Shown here: in pieces, positions 12,888 through 21,900 of the stretch
Layout of the letters: each line of letters starts with the position of its first letter
Numbering within the stretch: the stretch's first letter is position 1
Assembly (NCBI GenBank): GCA_046597055.1
Contig: JBKJLC010000049.1
Span: 1 to 24,427 of the forward strand
DNA: 24,427 nt
Reading direction: 5' to 3'
Source: Kofleriaceae bacterium
GTDB lineage: Bacteria > Myxococcota_A > Polyangia > Haliangiales > Haliangiaceae
Notes under the pieces: model-generated
Seen by the model: only the letters and a program-made list of their open reading frames with translations
Database searches by the model: none
Told to the model about the DNA's origin: nothing
Position numbers and translations under genes: made by a program

Positions 12888-13585
12888 TGCGGTCACTCCT
12901 CGCGCTCGGCGCGCTCGGACTCCTCGCGTGCGCACCGCGCTCCACCAAGGAGCCCGCGGGCGCCGAAGCCGGAAAGGGCACTACCATGACCACCCAGGAC
13001 GCCGCTGCCGGCGGTTGCGCCAGCGCCGATCCCGCGCTGCGCGCCACGCTCACCGACCAGTCGATCGCCTCGTTCGTTCTGCCCCAAGGCGCAGGCCGAC
13101 AGGCGCTGGTCAAGCTCGCGGTCAAGCCCGACACCCTGATGGCCGTCGGGATGGATCCGACCTGTCCCAACCGCGTGCGCTTCGCCGCGTTCGAGGGCTG
13201 GATCGCCGTCGCGGGCGAGGCGGCGCTGGGCAAGGTCGACGACGCGACCGCGGCGGCGATGGCGTCGGTCCAGGCCGAGGCGATCCGCACCGCCGAGGAC
13301 GCCAGCCTGTGGGGGCTGCCACCCGACGTGACCGCGTCGGAGGTGTCGCGCCACCTGGTCGTCCTCGGCCGCCGCGTGCTGCCCCACCTGCGCCCGCTCC
13401 TCGATGACGCCCGCGAGCTGCCGATCGCCGGCAGCGAGACCTCGGCGATCGCGGCGCTGCACCAGTACCGGGTGAGCGACCTGGCGGCGGGCTTGATCGC
13501 GGTCATCGTCGGGACGCCGTACCAGAACGGCAAGACCCCGGCCGAGCGCGACGCCCAGCTCGCGATCTTGCGCACCGCGTCCTGA
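12887..13585 (+). CDS. Lipoprotein of unknown function; candidate immunity protein
   Basis: TGATG overlap with the upstream gene. Lipobox in MRSLLALGALGLLAC. Mostly helical, HEAT-like body. Confidence 0.75.
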
Positions 13586-13619
13586 CGCAGCGCGCCGCCG
13601 GAATCACGCCCACGCAAGG

Positions 13620-13786
13620 GGGATCCCGAGTCCGTACTTCAGGCAGAGGGCGAAGCCGGATGAGCGCAGGCTCGGGTTCGCAGGATGATGCAGGCCCGCA
13701 AAGGGCTCGCCCCCCTCTGCCTCGCGTCGCACCCCCCGCACCGGTTGCCATCACCCAGGGCATCCGACGCACGACTCGGCCATCCC
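13620..13786. other. Nested multi-stem structured element (ncRNA or REP/MITE-like) between convergent genes
   Basis: Complementary pairs 13620-13635/13771-13786, AGGCAGAGGG/CCCTCTGCCT and GCGTCG/CGACGC, plus small internal hairpins. Confidence 0.5.
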
Positions 13787-13859
13787 AGCTGCGCACCACC
13801 GCGGTTGGCTCCGGCGCCTACCGACCCGCAGTTGGCGGCGGATCCTCTGGGGCGAGGTA

Positions 13860-15335
13860 CTACGGCTCGCGGCGCTTGCGGACGAGGTCCTTCAGCAGGC
13901 CGATCAGGTCGTGCGCGGTGTCCCGACAGACGACCAGCGCCACCGCCACGTACACCACCGCACCGACCACGATCTCGAGCGCGAGCGAGAGCGCCGGATG
14001 GGGTTCGAAGGCCTGCGCGAGCAGCATGCGCAGGCCGAGGATCACCCCGGCCATGGCCGCGCACGCGATCAGAGGCCGGACGAAGCCGAGCACCAGGACC
14101 CGCGCCGACGGCCCCCGCGGTCCGTCGCGCAGCACCAGCCACACGCCGGCGATCGTGTGCAGGCCGAACGCGATGCCGACCGCGAAGGTCGCGGCGCGGA
14201 TGCCGAGCGGCGACAGCAGCGCCATGCCACCGAGCAGGGCGACGACCTTGCCCAGCTCGAGGAACATGAGCGGCCGGTTGCGCTCCTGGGTCAGCAAGTA
14301 CGACGACACCACCCAGGCGATCGGGCGGACCACCGACAGCACCGCCAGCACGGTCAGGAGCGGCGCGACGCCCTGCCACTCGTCGGACAGGACCAGCTCG
14401 ATCAGCGGCTGGGCGACCACGCCGAGCCCGACCGCGAGCGGGAAGATGATGAGCGACAGGAGCGCTGTCGCGCGCTCCAGCGCGCGCGGCCGGCGCTCGG
14501 GCTCGAGCCGCGCCAGCGACGGAAACAGCACGACGCCGATCTGCTCGCCGATGTAGATCGCCGGGATGTCGGCGAGGTTGTAGGCGAGGTTGTAGAGGCC
14601 GGTCGCGTGAGTGCCGAACAGGCGGCTCACCGCCAGGTTGTCCCAGTAGCGGGACGCGTTGTGGGCGATCGACTCGAAGGCGAGCGGCCAGCCGAAGCCG
14701 AACATGTCGCGGAACCGCGCCGACGACAGCGGCACCCGCCGCAGCCAGCTCAGGCCGGCCGAGCCGATGATGATGACGCTCATCAGCGTGTTCTGCGCGA
14801 GGTTGCCATACACGACCGACATGCCGCCGTGGCCGGTCGCGGCGAACGTCACGGTGGTGGCCGCGTAGGTGGCCTCGCCGAGCGCCGACGCGATCCCGAG
14901 CGCGCGAAAGTGGAGCTGGCGGATCAGGACCTTCTCGGGGATGAGCGAGACGCGGCGGATCATGATCGCCAGCGCCATGCCCGGGATGTAGCGGGCCGCC
15001 TGCTCCGCGTTGAGCAGCGCCGTCAGCGGATCGGCGAACAGCGCGACCGCGCCGAGGCCGAGCACGCCCAGGCCGAGCACCGCCACGGTTGCGTGCCAGA
15101 CGACCTCCGGCCCGGTCTCGGCGCCGCCGCGGACGATCACGTACTGACCGAACCCGATGTTGGTCACCCAGTTGGCGGTCATCACCATGATCGTCGCGAC
15201 GCCGACCTCGCCGACGATCTCCGGTTCGAGGTAGCGAGTGATGATCAGCGTACCGATCACCCCCAGCGCGCGGCCGCCGATGCTGGACAGGATGGTCCAC
15301 ACGGCCCCCCGGGCTGCACGGTGCGCGAGCGACAT
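13860..15335 (-). CDS. Polysaccharide flippase / lipopolysaccharide biosynthesis protein (Wzx/PST, MOP superfamily)
   Basis: MSLAHRAARGAVW start, RYLEP, FRDMFGFGWP, DNLAVSRLFG, GLYNLAYNLA and LFPSLAR. Many transmembrane helices. Confidence 0.88.
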   Translation of the reverse strand: MSLAHRAARGAVWTILSSIGGRALGVIGTLIITRYLEPEIVGEVGVATIMVMTANWVTNIGFGQYVIVRGGAETGPEVVWHATVAVLGLGVLGLGAVALFADPLTALLNAEQAARYIPGMALAIMIRRVSLIPEKVLIRQLHFRALGIASALGEATYAATTVTFAATGHGGMSVVYGNLAQNTLMSVIIIGSAGLSWLRRVPLSSARFRDMFGFGWPLAFESIAHNASRYWDNLAVSRLFGTHATGLYNLAYNLADIPAIYIGEQIGVVLFPSLARLEPERRPRALERATALLSLIIFPLAVGLGVVAQPLIELVLSDEWQGVAPLLTVLAVLSVVRPIAWVVSSYLLTQERNRPLMFLELGKVVALLGGMALLSPLGIRAATFAVGIAFGLHTIAGVWLVLRDGPRGPSARVLVLGFVRPLIACAAMAGVILGLRMLLAQAFEPHPALSLALEIVVGAVVYVAVALVVCRDTAHDLIGLLKDLVRKRREP

Positions 15336-15436
15336 CGGTCCGGCATCCTCGACCGTGGCGCGCGCGGGCGCAAGCGAACCGGTCAGCTCGGCGAGCCGGG
15401 GGGGCCGGCGGTCAGTCCCGAGTCAGCGGCAGGCGA

Positions 15437-16126
15437 TCAGAACGCGTAGCCGACGCGGAAGTAGCCGTTGAAAAAGATCTCCTCGTCGTTGCCGTAGTCG
15501 TACTCGTTCTCGGGCTCGTCGGCGGCCAGGTTGCGACCGAGGCCGGCGGCGGCGGCCACGTTGAAGCCGCTGTCCCAGGTCAGATGCCAGCCGAAGAGCA
15601 TCTGGGGACCTGCCACGAGGTCGGTCGCAACGGAGGACGGGCCCTCGTGGTAGTTGCCGTCCTGGTCGTACGAGCCCCCGTGGTCGCGGGTCTCCCGGCT
15701 GCCCCGGGCGATGATGCCCGGCTCGATGAACGCGCCCTGGTAGGTGCGCTTCAGGTAGAGCGGCACGCCGACACCGACCTCCCAGAGCTGGGTCGAGTCG
15801 TTGTCGACGAAATCGATGTAGTTGACGTCGGCGCGCACCGCGATGTTGTTGCTGACCGCGTGACTGGCCGAGACGCCGTAGAAGCCGGCGAGCCAGCCCA
15901 CCGGGTTGGACGAGATGTTGGTGCGGCGGAAGGTCTTCAGGTACTCGTTGCTCTCGCCGACCTTCACGACCTGGCCGTTGATGTGGCTCACGCCGTCCCA
16001 CCCGTGGGTCTGCGGCGCGGCCGCGGCGGGAACGACGGTCGGCGTGGCGGGCGTGGCGGCGGGCTGCGCGAGGGCAGTGCTGGAGGCAGCGAGGAGAAGC
16101 GCGGCGGCGAGGAGGCTCTTCGACAT
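15437..16126 (-). CDS. Outer-membrane beta-barrel protein (DUF3575-like), paralog A
   Basis: Signal peptide ending STALA, amphipathic beta strands and C-terminal beta-signal GYFRVGYAF. Confidence 0.75.
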   Translation of the reverse strand: MSKSLLAAALLLAASSTALAQPAATPATPTVVPAAAAPQTHGWDGVSHINGQVVKVGESNEYLKTFRRTNISSNPVGWLAGFYGVSASHAVSNNIAVRADVNYIDFVDNDSTQLWEVGVGVPLYLKRTYQGAFIEPGIIARGSRETRDHGGSYDQDGNYHEGPSSVATDLVAGPQMLFGWHLTWDSGFNVAAAAGLGRNLAADEPENEYDYGNDEEIFFNGYFRVGYAF

Positions 16127-16141
16127 GATGAACGGGAGAAG

Positions 16142-16158
16142 AGCAACTGCCGGGCCAG
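16142..16158 (-). promoter_or_regulatory. Sigma-54 -24/-12 promoter of paralog A
   Basis: Minus strand CTGGCCCGGCAGTTGCT (TGGC-N7-TTGC). Confidence 0.75.
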
Positions 16159-16399
16159 CCACGGGCGCGCCCGTAACCCGTGGTGTCCGCGCGGCGTGGC
16201 AAGGTCGGCCGTGTCAGGAGCTGTCGATCGAGGGTGTCGGTATGGTGACCGCTCGACAGGCCGGGATGGACACGTGAGTGGGTGGGTGGCGGTGTGCCGG
16301 GATGCCGGCGCCGAAAACGCAACGACCGCGCGGGCGGGTGCCGGCGCGGTCGGGGAGAGAGCAGGAGTGAGCGGGGCGCGTGGGGCGCGCGGGCGGAGG

Positions 16400-16513
16400 G
16401 GAGCGGGAGAGGGAGAGGGAGAGGGAGACGGAGACGGAGACGGAGACGGAGACGGAGACGGAGACGGAGCGGGAGCCGGAGACGGAGACGGAGACGGAGA
16501 CGGAGCGGGAGCC
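16400..16513. repeat. Intergenic hexamer tandem repeat GGAG(AC/AG/CG/CC) x19
   Basis: Unit order: GGAGCG, (GGAGAG)3, (GGAGAC)7, GGAGCG, GGAGCC, (GGAGAC)4, GGAGCG, GGAGCC. Confidence 0.95.
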
Positions 16514-16533
16514 GGGAGGGAGAAGGAAGAGGG

Positions 16534-17295
16534 CTAGAACGCGTAGCCGACGCGGAAGTAGCCGTTCGGGAAGATCTGCGAGTACTCGCTGTCGGTCGAC
16601 CAGTTGCGACCGACGCCGGCCGCGACCGCCAGGTTGAAGCCGCTGTCCCAGGTCCAGTGCCAGCCGAACAGCATCTGGGGCCCGGCCACGGTGGCGCTCG
16701 AGTCGCGGCAGTCGGTGCAGCCGCTGTAGTAGCCGTCGGTGCTGCGCTTGACGGTCATGAGCGCGAAGCCCGGCTCGAGGAACGGGCCGCGGTAGGTGCG
16801 CTTGAGGTAGAGCGGGGCGCCGACGCCGACCGAGAAGCCGGTCGTGTTCTCGTCGAGGTAGTTCGACAGGAAGCCGACGTCGCCGCGGATCGCGACGTGG
16901 TCGTTGATGCCATAGCTGACCGAGACGCCGTACGAGCCGATGATCCAGCCGATCGGATTGGTCGAGATGTTCGTGCGCTTGTACGACTTGAGATAGTCGT
17001 CGCTCTCGCCGACCTTCACGACCTGCCCGTTGATGTGATTGACGTTGTTCCAGTCTTGATTCTGCGCCGGGGCGGGCGCCGCCGGCGTGGCCACGACCGC
17101 GGGTGCGGCGGCCGGCTGGGTCACGACGACCGGGCCGGGCGAGACCACCACGACCGGCTGCGCGGCGACCACAGGCGCGGTGGCAACGGGGGCGTCGGCT
17201 GCCGGGGGCGGTCCTGCAGCCGGCGCGGTCTGCGCGAGGGCGGTGGTGGCGGTGGAGACGAAGAGGAGGGGAAGGAGCGCAGCGCCGAGCTTCAT
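16534..17295 (-). CDS. Outer-membrane beta-barrel protein (DUF3575-like), paralog B
   Basis: Signal peptide and Pro/Ala/Val-rich linker. Shares HINGQVVKVGES, PLYLKRTY, GPQMLFGWH, WDSGFN and GYFRVGYAF with paralog A. Confidence 0.78.
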   Translation of the reverse strand: MKLGAALLPLLFVSTATTALAQTAPAAGPPPAADAPVATAPVVAAQPVVVVSPGPVVVTQPAAAPAVVATPAAPAPAQNQDWNNVNHINGQVVKVGESDDYLKSYKRTNISTNPIGWIIGSYGVSVSYGINDHVAIRGDVGFLSNYLDENTTGFSVGVGAPLYLKRTYRGPFLEPGFALMTVKRSTDGYYSGCTDCRDSSATVAGPQMLFGWHWTWDSGFNLAVAAGVGRNWSTDSEYSQIFPNGYFRVGYAF

Positions 17296-17313
17296 GTTGG
17301 TGCTGAATCCCTA

Positions 17314-17330
17314 AGCAACCCTCGCGCCAG
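17314..17330 (-). promoter_or_regulatory. Sigma-54 -24/-12 promoter of paralog B
   Basis: Minus strand CTGGCGCGAGGGTTGCT (TGGC-N7-TTGC). Confidence 0.78.
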
Positions 17331-17421
17331 CTAGAGAGTCACAGCGTAAGCATTTGTACTTGTTCGTCTTTCCTGGATTTGCCGCCCGGCGGTGGAGCAG
17401 CGTCCCGTTCACACCTCCACA

Positions 17422-17454
17422 CCGTGACGCAATTTCCGGACACCCGTGTCACGG
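17422..17454. promoter_or_regulatory. Putative upstream activator site for a sigma-54 enhancer-binding protein
   Basis: CCGTGAC...GTCACGG inverted repeat with an embedded TGACGCAATTTCCGGACA, about 90-125 bp upstream of the -24 box. An AT-rich tract lies in between. Confidence 0.4.
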
Positions 17455-17522
17455 ATCGGGGCGCCGGCGATGAACATGGCCCACGGGTCGCCGGGTCGCG
17501 CCGGCGGTCGCCGATCGAGCGA

Positions 17523-18740
17523 TCAGAGCCAGTTGCGGATGCGGAACGAGAGCCAGGCCAGCGACTTCTGCCACCAGCGCAGGCGGCTCCACTCCGCGAG
17601 CTCGAACACGGCGGTCAGCCCCTCGTCCTTGCGGAAGTGGGCCTCCATCGCAGCGCCGACGTCGGCGTCGAGGATCTCCACGATGACCTCGAGGTTGTAG
17701 CGGAGGCTGCGGTTGTCGAGGTTGTAGCTGCCGATCGCCGACCAGATGCCGTCCACCACCGCGGTCTTGGCGTGCATCATCGGCCCCTTCCACCGCAGGA
17801 TGCGCAGCCCGCGCGCCGCCATCTTCCGGTAGATGTAGTGCCCCGCGTACTCGACGGCGCGGATGTCCGAGCTGCCCGGCACGATCACCGCGACCTCGAC
17901 GCCGCGCGCAACCGCCTTGTACAGCGCGCGCCGCAGCCGCCGGTCAGGCAAGAAGTAGGCGTTCTCCAGCAGGATCGTCCGCCGCGCGCCGGAGATCGCG
18001 CTGACGTACGCGCGCCGGATGGCGCCGCGCCGTCGGAGCTTGGTGTTGTCGACGACGCGGACCGCGATGTCGCCAGGTCGGTCCTGCACGTCGTCGGCGC
18101 GCTTCGGCACCGGGTAGCGCGAACCGCCCTCCGCGATCCACAGACTCCGGAACAGCCGGGCCAGGTCGGCGACCACCGGGCCGCGCAGCTCGCACTGGAC
18201 GTCGTGCCAGCCGTGGCCACCGTCTTCCTTGGCGGCGTAGTCGTCGGCGATGTTGATGCCGCCGGTGAACCCGACCTCGTCGTCGACCACGAGGATCTTG
18301 CGGTGGTCGCGCTTCGACAGGTTGAAGCGCGCGCGCCACGGCGCGATCGGGTGGTACTCGAGGACCTGGACGCCGGCCGCGGTCATCTTCTGGACGAACG
18401 CGTCGCTCATGCCGAAGCCGCCGATCGCGTCGTAGATCACCCGCACGGTCACCCCGGCCCGGGCCCGGTCGATCACCGCCTCGGCGAAGCGGGTGCCGAT
18501 GTTGTCGTCCTCCCAGATGTACGTCTCCAGGCAGATCGAGCGACGGGCGCCGGCGATCGCGGCCAGCATCGCGCGGTAGGTCGGGCCCCCGCCCACCAGC
18601 ACCTTGACCGCGTTGCCGCGCCGGATCCGGTACAGGCTGCGCGCGTAGCGGGTCACCGCGACCAGCAGGGACGTGGTGTGCGGGGTGGCGTCCGGGCGGA
18701 CTGCCTCGGCGACGGCGGCGGGGCTCGGCTTGGCGGTCAC
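17523..18740 (-). CDS. clsB: Cardiolipin synthase (ClsB-like phospholipase D family)
   Basis: Two HKD motifs (HRKILVVD, HAKTAVVD), plus ETYIW, GGINI and GSYNLD. No N-terminal TM hairpin. Confidence 0.82.
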   Translation of the reverse strand: MTAKPSPAAVAEAVRPDATPHTTSLLVAVTRYARSLYRIRRGNAVKVLVGGGPTYRAMLAAIAGARRSICLETYIWEDDNIGTRFAEAVIDRARAGVTVRVIYDAIGGFGMSDAFVQKMTAAGVQVLEYHPIAPWRARFNLSKRDHRKILVVDDEVGFTGGINIADDYAAKEDGGHGWHDVQCELRGPVVADLARLFRSLWIAEGGSRYPVPKRADDVQDRPGDIAVRVVDNTKLRRRGAIRRAYVSAISGARRTILLENAYFLPDRRLRRALYKAVARGVEVAVIVPGSSDIRAVEYAGHYIYRKMAARGLRILRWKGPMMHAKTAVVDGIWSAIGSYNLDNRSLRYNLEVIVEILDADVGAAMEAHFRKDEGLTAVFELAEWSRLRWWQKSLAWLSFRIRNWL

Positions 18741-19237
18741 GGGTAGCGTACGCCCGTGACCGTGTACGAGACGGCGCCCTTGGGTCGCTGCACCGTGACC
18801 TCGTCGCCCGCGCGCTTGCCGAGCAGCGCGCGCGCGACCGGCGCGTCGCAGCTGATCCAGCCGATCTTGGGGTCGAACTCGTCGGCGCCGACGATCCGGT
18901 ACTCGAGCTCGGCGCCGTCGTCGTCCTCCAGCTTGACCCAGGCGCCGAACGCGATTCGTTGCCGGTCGGTGGGCGGCTCGGTCACCACCACCAGGCGCTC
19001 GAGGCGCTTGGCGAGGAACTCGAGGCGGCGATCGATCTCGCGCAGCCGCCGCTTGCCATAGATGTAGTCGGCGTTCTCCGACCGGTCGCCGAGCGCGGCG
19101 GCGTCCCCGACCGCGCGGGTCACCCGCGGCCGCTCGACGGTGACCAGCCAGTCGAGCTCCTCGCGCAGCTTCCGGGCGCCATCCGGCGTGATGTACTGGG
19201 AGCTGGGTGGCCTGGGAGTTCGGTCGCGGACCGACAT
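18737..19237 (-). CDS. greB: Transcription elongation factor GreB
   Basis: YITPDG, GDRSENADYIYGKRRLREIDRR, FGAWV and YRIVGADE. Its stop overlaps the cls start. Confidence 0.93.
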   Translation of the reverse strand: MSVRDRTPRPPSSQYITPDGARKLREELDWLVTVERPRVTRAVGDAAALGDRSENADYIYGKRRLREIDRRLEFLAKRLERLVVVTEPPTDRQRIAFGAWVKLEDDDGAELEYRIVGADEFDPKIGWISCDAPVARALLGKRAGDEVTVQRPKGAVSYTVTGVRYP

Positions 19238-19297
19238 CGCGCGGAGTCTACCGGGAAACGTGCGCCGGGGGCGGGTTCGGGTATGCTCGCGCCGCCC

Positions 19298-20617
19298 GTG
19301 TTCGAGCTCCTGGTGATCTTGGCGTTGACGCTCGCCAACGGCATTTTCTCCGGCGCGGAGATCGCGATCCTCTCGATCCGCAAGACGCGGCTCACCGAGT
19401 TCGTCCGCCGGCGCGACCGCCGCGCGATGGCGGTCCAGTACCTGCGCGACCATCCCGAGCGCTTCCTCGCCACCGTCCAGATCGGCATCACGGTGGTCGG
19501 CACCGCGGCCGCGGCGTTCGGCGGTGCCGCGGTCGCGCTCATCATCGCCGACCTCCTGCGCGACCTGGGCGTGGGCGAATCCGCCGACGAACTCGGGTTC
19601 GGGCTCGTGATCGCCTTCGTGTCGTTCCTCAACCTGGTCCTCGGCGAGCTGGTGCCGAAGTCGCTCGCGCTGCGCTTCTCCGACAGCTACTCGTTCGCGG
19701 TCGGGCGCCCGCTGCTGGCGCTGTCCTACGGGATGCGGCCGCTGGTGTGGTTCCTGACGATCTGCTCGAACGTGATCCTCCGCCTGTTCGGCGACAAGAC
19801 CACGTTCACCGAGGCCCGGCTGTCGCGCGACGAGCTACAGCAGCTGGTCGAGGAGGCGGCCAAGACCGGCTCGGTCGACCCTCGCGCCAGCGAGATCGCC
19901 TCGCGCGCGCTCGACTTCGAGGCGGTGACGGTCGCCGAGGTGATGGTGCCCCGGACCCGGGTGGTCGCGATGCGCCGGGGGGCGCCCTCGGAGGAAGTGC
20001 AGCGAGTGCTCCTCGAGGAGGGCCACTCGCGCATGCCGGTCTACGAAGGCAACATCGACACCATCGTCGGCTACGTGGTCGCCCGCGACGTGCTCGCCCT
20101 GGCCTGGGAGAAGGGCCTGATCGTGCTCGAGGACATCGTGCGGCCGGCTTACGCGGTCAGCGAGCGGACCCGGGCCCTCGACCTGCTGCGCGAGATGCAG
20201 CTGCGCCGGGTCCAGATGGCGGTGGTCACCGACGAGCACGGCGGCCTGGCCGGGCTGGTCACCATCGAGGACCTGGTCGAGGAACTGGTCGGCGACATCT
20301 TCAGCGAGGACGACAAGCCCGACACCTCGGTCGTGCGCGAGCCGCTCGGGACCGCGCTCGTCCTCGGGTATGCGCCGGTCCGCAAGGTCAATCGTGAGCT
20401 GGACCTCGACCTGCCGGTGGGCGCCGACCGCACCACGATCGCCGGCCTGTGCATGTCGCTGGCCCAGGCCATCCCTCAGGCCGGCGAGCGGCTCACCACC
20501 GAGGACGGGACCATCCTCGAGGTCGTCGAGGCGTCCCCGCGGCGCGTGCGCAAGGTTCGCATCCACCCGGTCGGCGTGGTCGGGGAGCCCCCCGCGCCGA
20601 CGGACGACCAGAGCTGA
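19298..20617 (+). CDS. Hemolysin-family / CNNM protein (DUF21 - 2xCBS - CorC_HlyC)
   Basis: NGIFSGAEIA, FLATVQIGIT, GELVPK, VMVPR, HSRMPVY and DEHGGLAGLVTIEDLVEELVGDI. Alternative start ATG 19283. Confidence 0.9.
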   Translation: MFELLVILALTLANGIFSGAEIAILSIRKTRLTEFVRRRDRRAMAVQYLRDHPERFLATVQIGITVVGTAAAAFGGAAVALIIADLLRDLGVGESADELGFGLVIAFVSFLNLVLGELVPKSLALRFSDSYSFAVGRPLLALSYGMRPLVWFLTICSNVILRLFGDKTTFTEARLSRDELQQLVEEAAKTGSVDPRASEIASRALDFEAVTVAEVMVPRTRVVAMRRGAPSEEVQRVLLEEGHSRMPVYEGNIDTIVGYVVARDVLALAWEKGLIVLEDIVRPAYAVSERTRALDLLREMQLRRVQMAVVTDEHGGLAGLVTIEDLVEELVGDIFSEDDKPDTSVVREPLGTALVLGYAPVRKVNRELDLDLPVGADRTTIAGLCMSLAQAIPQAGERLTTEDGTILEVVEASPRRVRKVRIHPVGVVGEPPAPTDDQS

Positions 20618-20656
20618 CCCCTCGAAGATGAGATCCGCTACAATGGCCGTCGCCCG

Positions 20657-21568
20657 ATGAGCCAGGTCGTCGCGAGAGACACGGTCGCCGCCGATCACCT
20701 GGTGTATCCGTGGCCATATCCGCTCGGCGGTCAGATCGAGATCTCGTGCGCCGAGGGGGAGATCGCCGTGATGTGCCCGGCCTGGGCGGTCGGCGAGCGG
20801 CTCGGGCCCGGCCGCCACAGCTGGCGGTCGCCGGAGCCATCCAAGCCGGTCGGCGTCTACTTCGTGCTCACCGGCCCGGTCGAGGTGCCGTTCGACATGG
20901 TCGCGACCTTCGCGCTGCCGTCGACCGGCCAGGCCGCGACCATGCGGGCGCGCGGCAGCGTGCTGGTCCGGGTCGCCGACCCGGGCCTGCTGGTCGCGCA
21001 GTTCGTGGGGCTGCCGTTCGATCGCGTCAACGACGGCCTCATGCACTCGGTGTTCAGCTCGGTCGAGCGCATGATCGGCAAGGTCCTGCCGCGCAAGGTC
21101 GCGCTGGCCGGCAGCCTCGGCGTGGTCGCCGATCCGGTCGCGTGGCCGGCGCTGATGGACGAGCTGTCGTCGTACAACCCGGCGGTCGGCGCGGTCCACG
21201 GCGTCCAGTTCGTGCGCTTCAACCGGCTCGAGATCACGACCAACGATCCGGGCAGCTGGAAGCCGGCGCCCGCGGCGCAGGAGTGGCACAACAACGCGCA
21301 GGATTCGACCGCGCGTGGCCAGGTGATCTCCGGGGAGATCGTATCCGGCGAGATCAACTCGTCGCCGAAGCTGGTCGCGCCGAAGTCGGATCCGGTGATG
21401 CAGATTCCCGAGATGCCGCCGGGGACCCGGGTGCTGGTGGCGCTGGCCGACGGGCTGTTGCACTCGGCGATCGTGCGGCAGGCGCTGCAGGGGTATTACG
21501 AGCTCGAGGTCGGGGATACCAGCGAGACCGTGTGGGTGCCGATGACCCAGGTCGCGCCGCAGCTGTAG
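20657..21568 (+). CDS. SPFH/band-7-like domain protein with a C-terminal Tudor/SH3-like module
   Basis: Segments LGPGRH, VYFV and RARGSVLVRVADP resemble the SPFH-like YdjI pattern. The C-terminal PGTRVLVALADG...YELEVGD...VWVP resembles a small beta-barrel. Assignment is by pattern only. Confidence 0.55.
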   Translation: MSQVVARDTVAADHLVYPWPYPLGGQIEISCAEGEIAVMCPAWAVGERLGPGRHSWRSPEPSKPVGVYFVLTGPVEVPFDMVATFALPSTGQAATMRARGSVLVRVADPGLLVAQFVGLPFDRVNDGLMHSVFSSVERMIGKVLPRKVALAGSLGVVADPVAWPALMDELSSYNPAVGAVHGVQFVRFNRLEITTNDPGSWKPAPAAQEWHNNAQDSTARGQVISGEIVSGEINSSPKLVAPKSDPVMQIPEMPPGTRVLVALADGLLHSAIVRQALQGYYELEVGDTSETVWVPMTQVAPQL

Positions 21569-21609
21569 CCACTGGGGGGCGACCCACCAGCGAGCGCTAC
21601 TGTCACAGC

Positions 21610-21858
21610 ATGAGCGACCCCAGCGACGACCGATCCGGCGGCCTGGCCTCGTGGCAGTGGGGGCTCTACCCAGCCGGCCACGTCGATCGGCGCAACCTGA
21701 TCCTCCACGGCCGCGGTCACAAGCTCGAGCCCACCGCGCCGGTGCGGTTTCGCGGCCCCGGCGACTTCGCGGCCCGGATCTTCATCGAGCAGTGGTTCAC
21801 GTTCCCGCGCTACGTGCTCACCGGCCAGCTCGCGCGCGCGTGGCGAGCGGCGCGCTGA
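21610..21858 (+). pseudogene. Small DUF962/Mpo1-like gene with an apparent internal in-frame deletion
   Basis: WQWGLYPAGHVDRRNLILH is joined directly to GRGHKLE...EQWFTFPRYVL. The hydrophobic segment I recall between these motifs in homologs is absent. Confidence 0.5.
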
Positions 21859-21900
21859 CCGGCCCGCGCCCCGCTCGTGCCCGACGAGCCAGCGGGTGAA

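Noticed and set aside
13652..13679. GAAGCCGGATGAG...GGTTC resembling group II intron domain V
   Set aside because: The 3' strand is too short and lacks the bulged stem. No domain VI or intron RT is present.
16380..16637. ORFs with ETETET, poly-R or GDGD tracts; possible CRISPR array
   Set aside because: These are translations of the hexamer repeat. There are no unique spacers and no cas genes.
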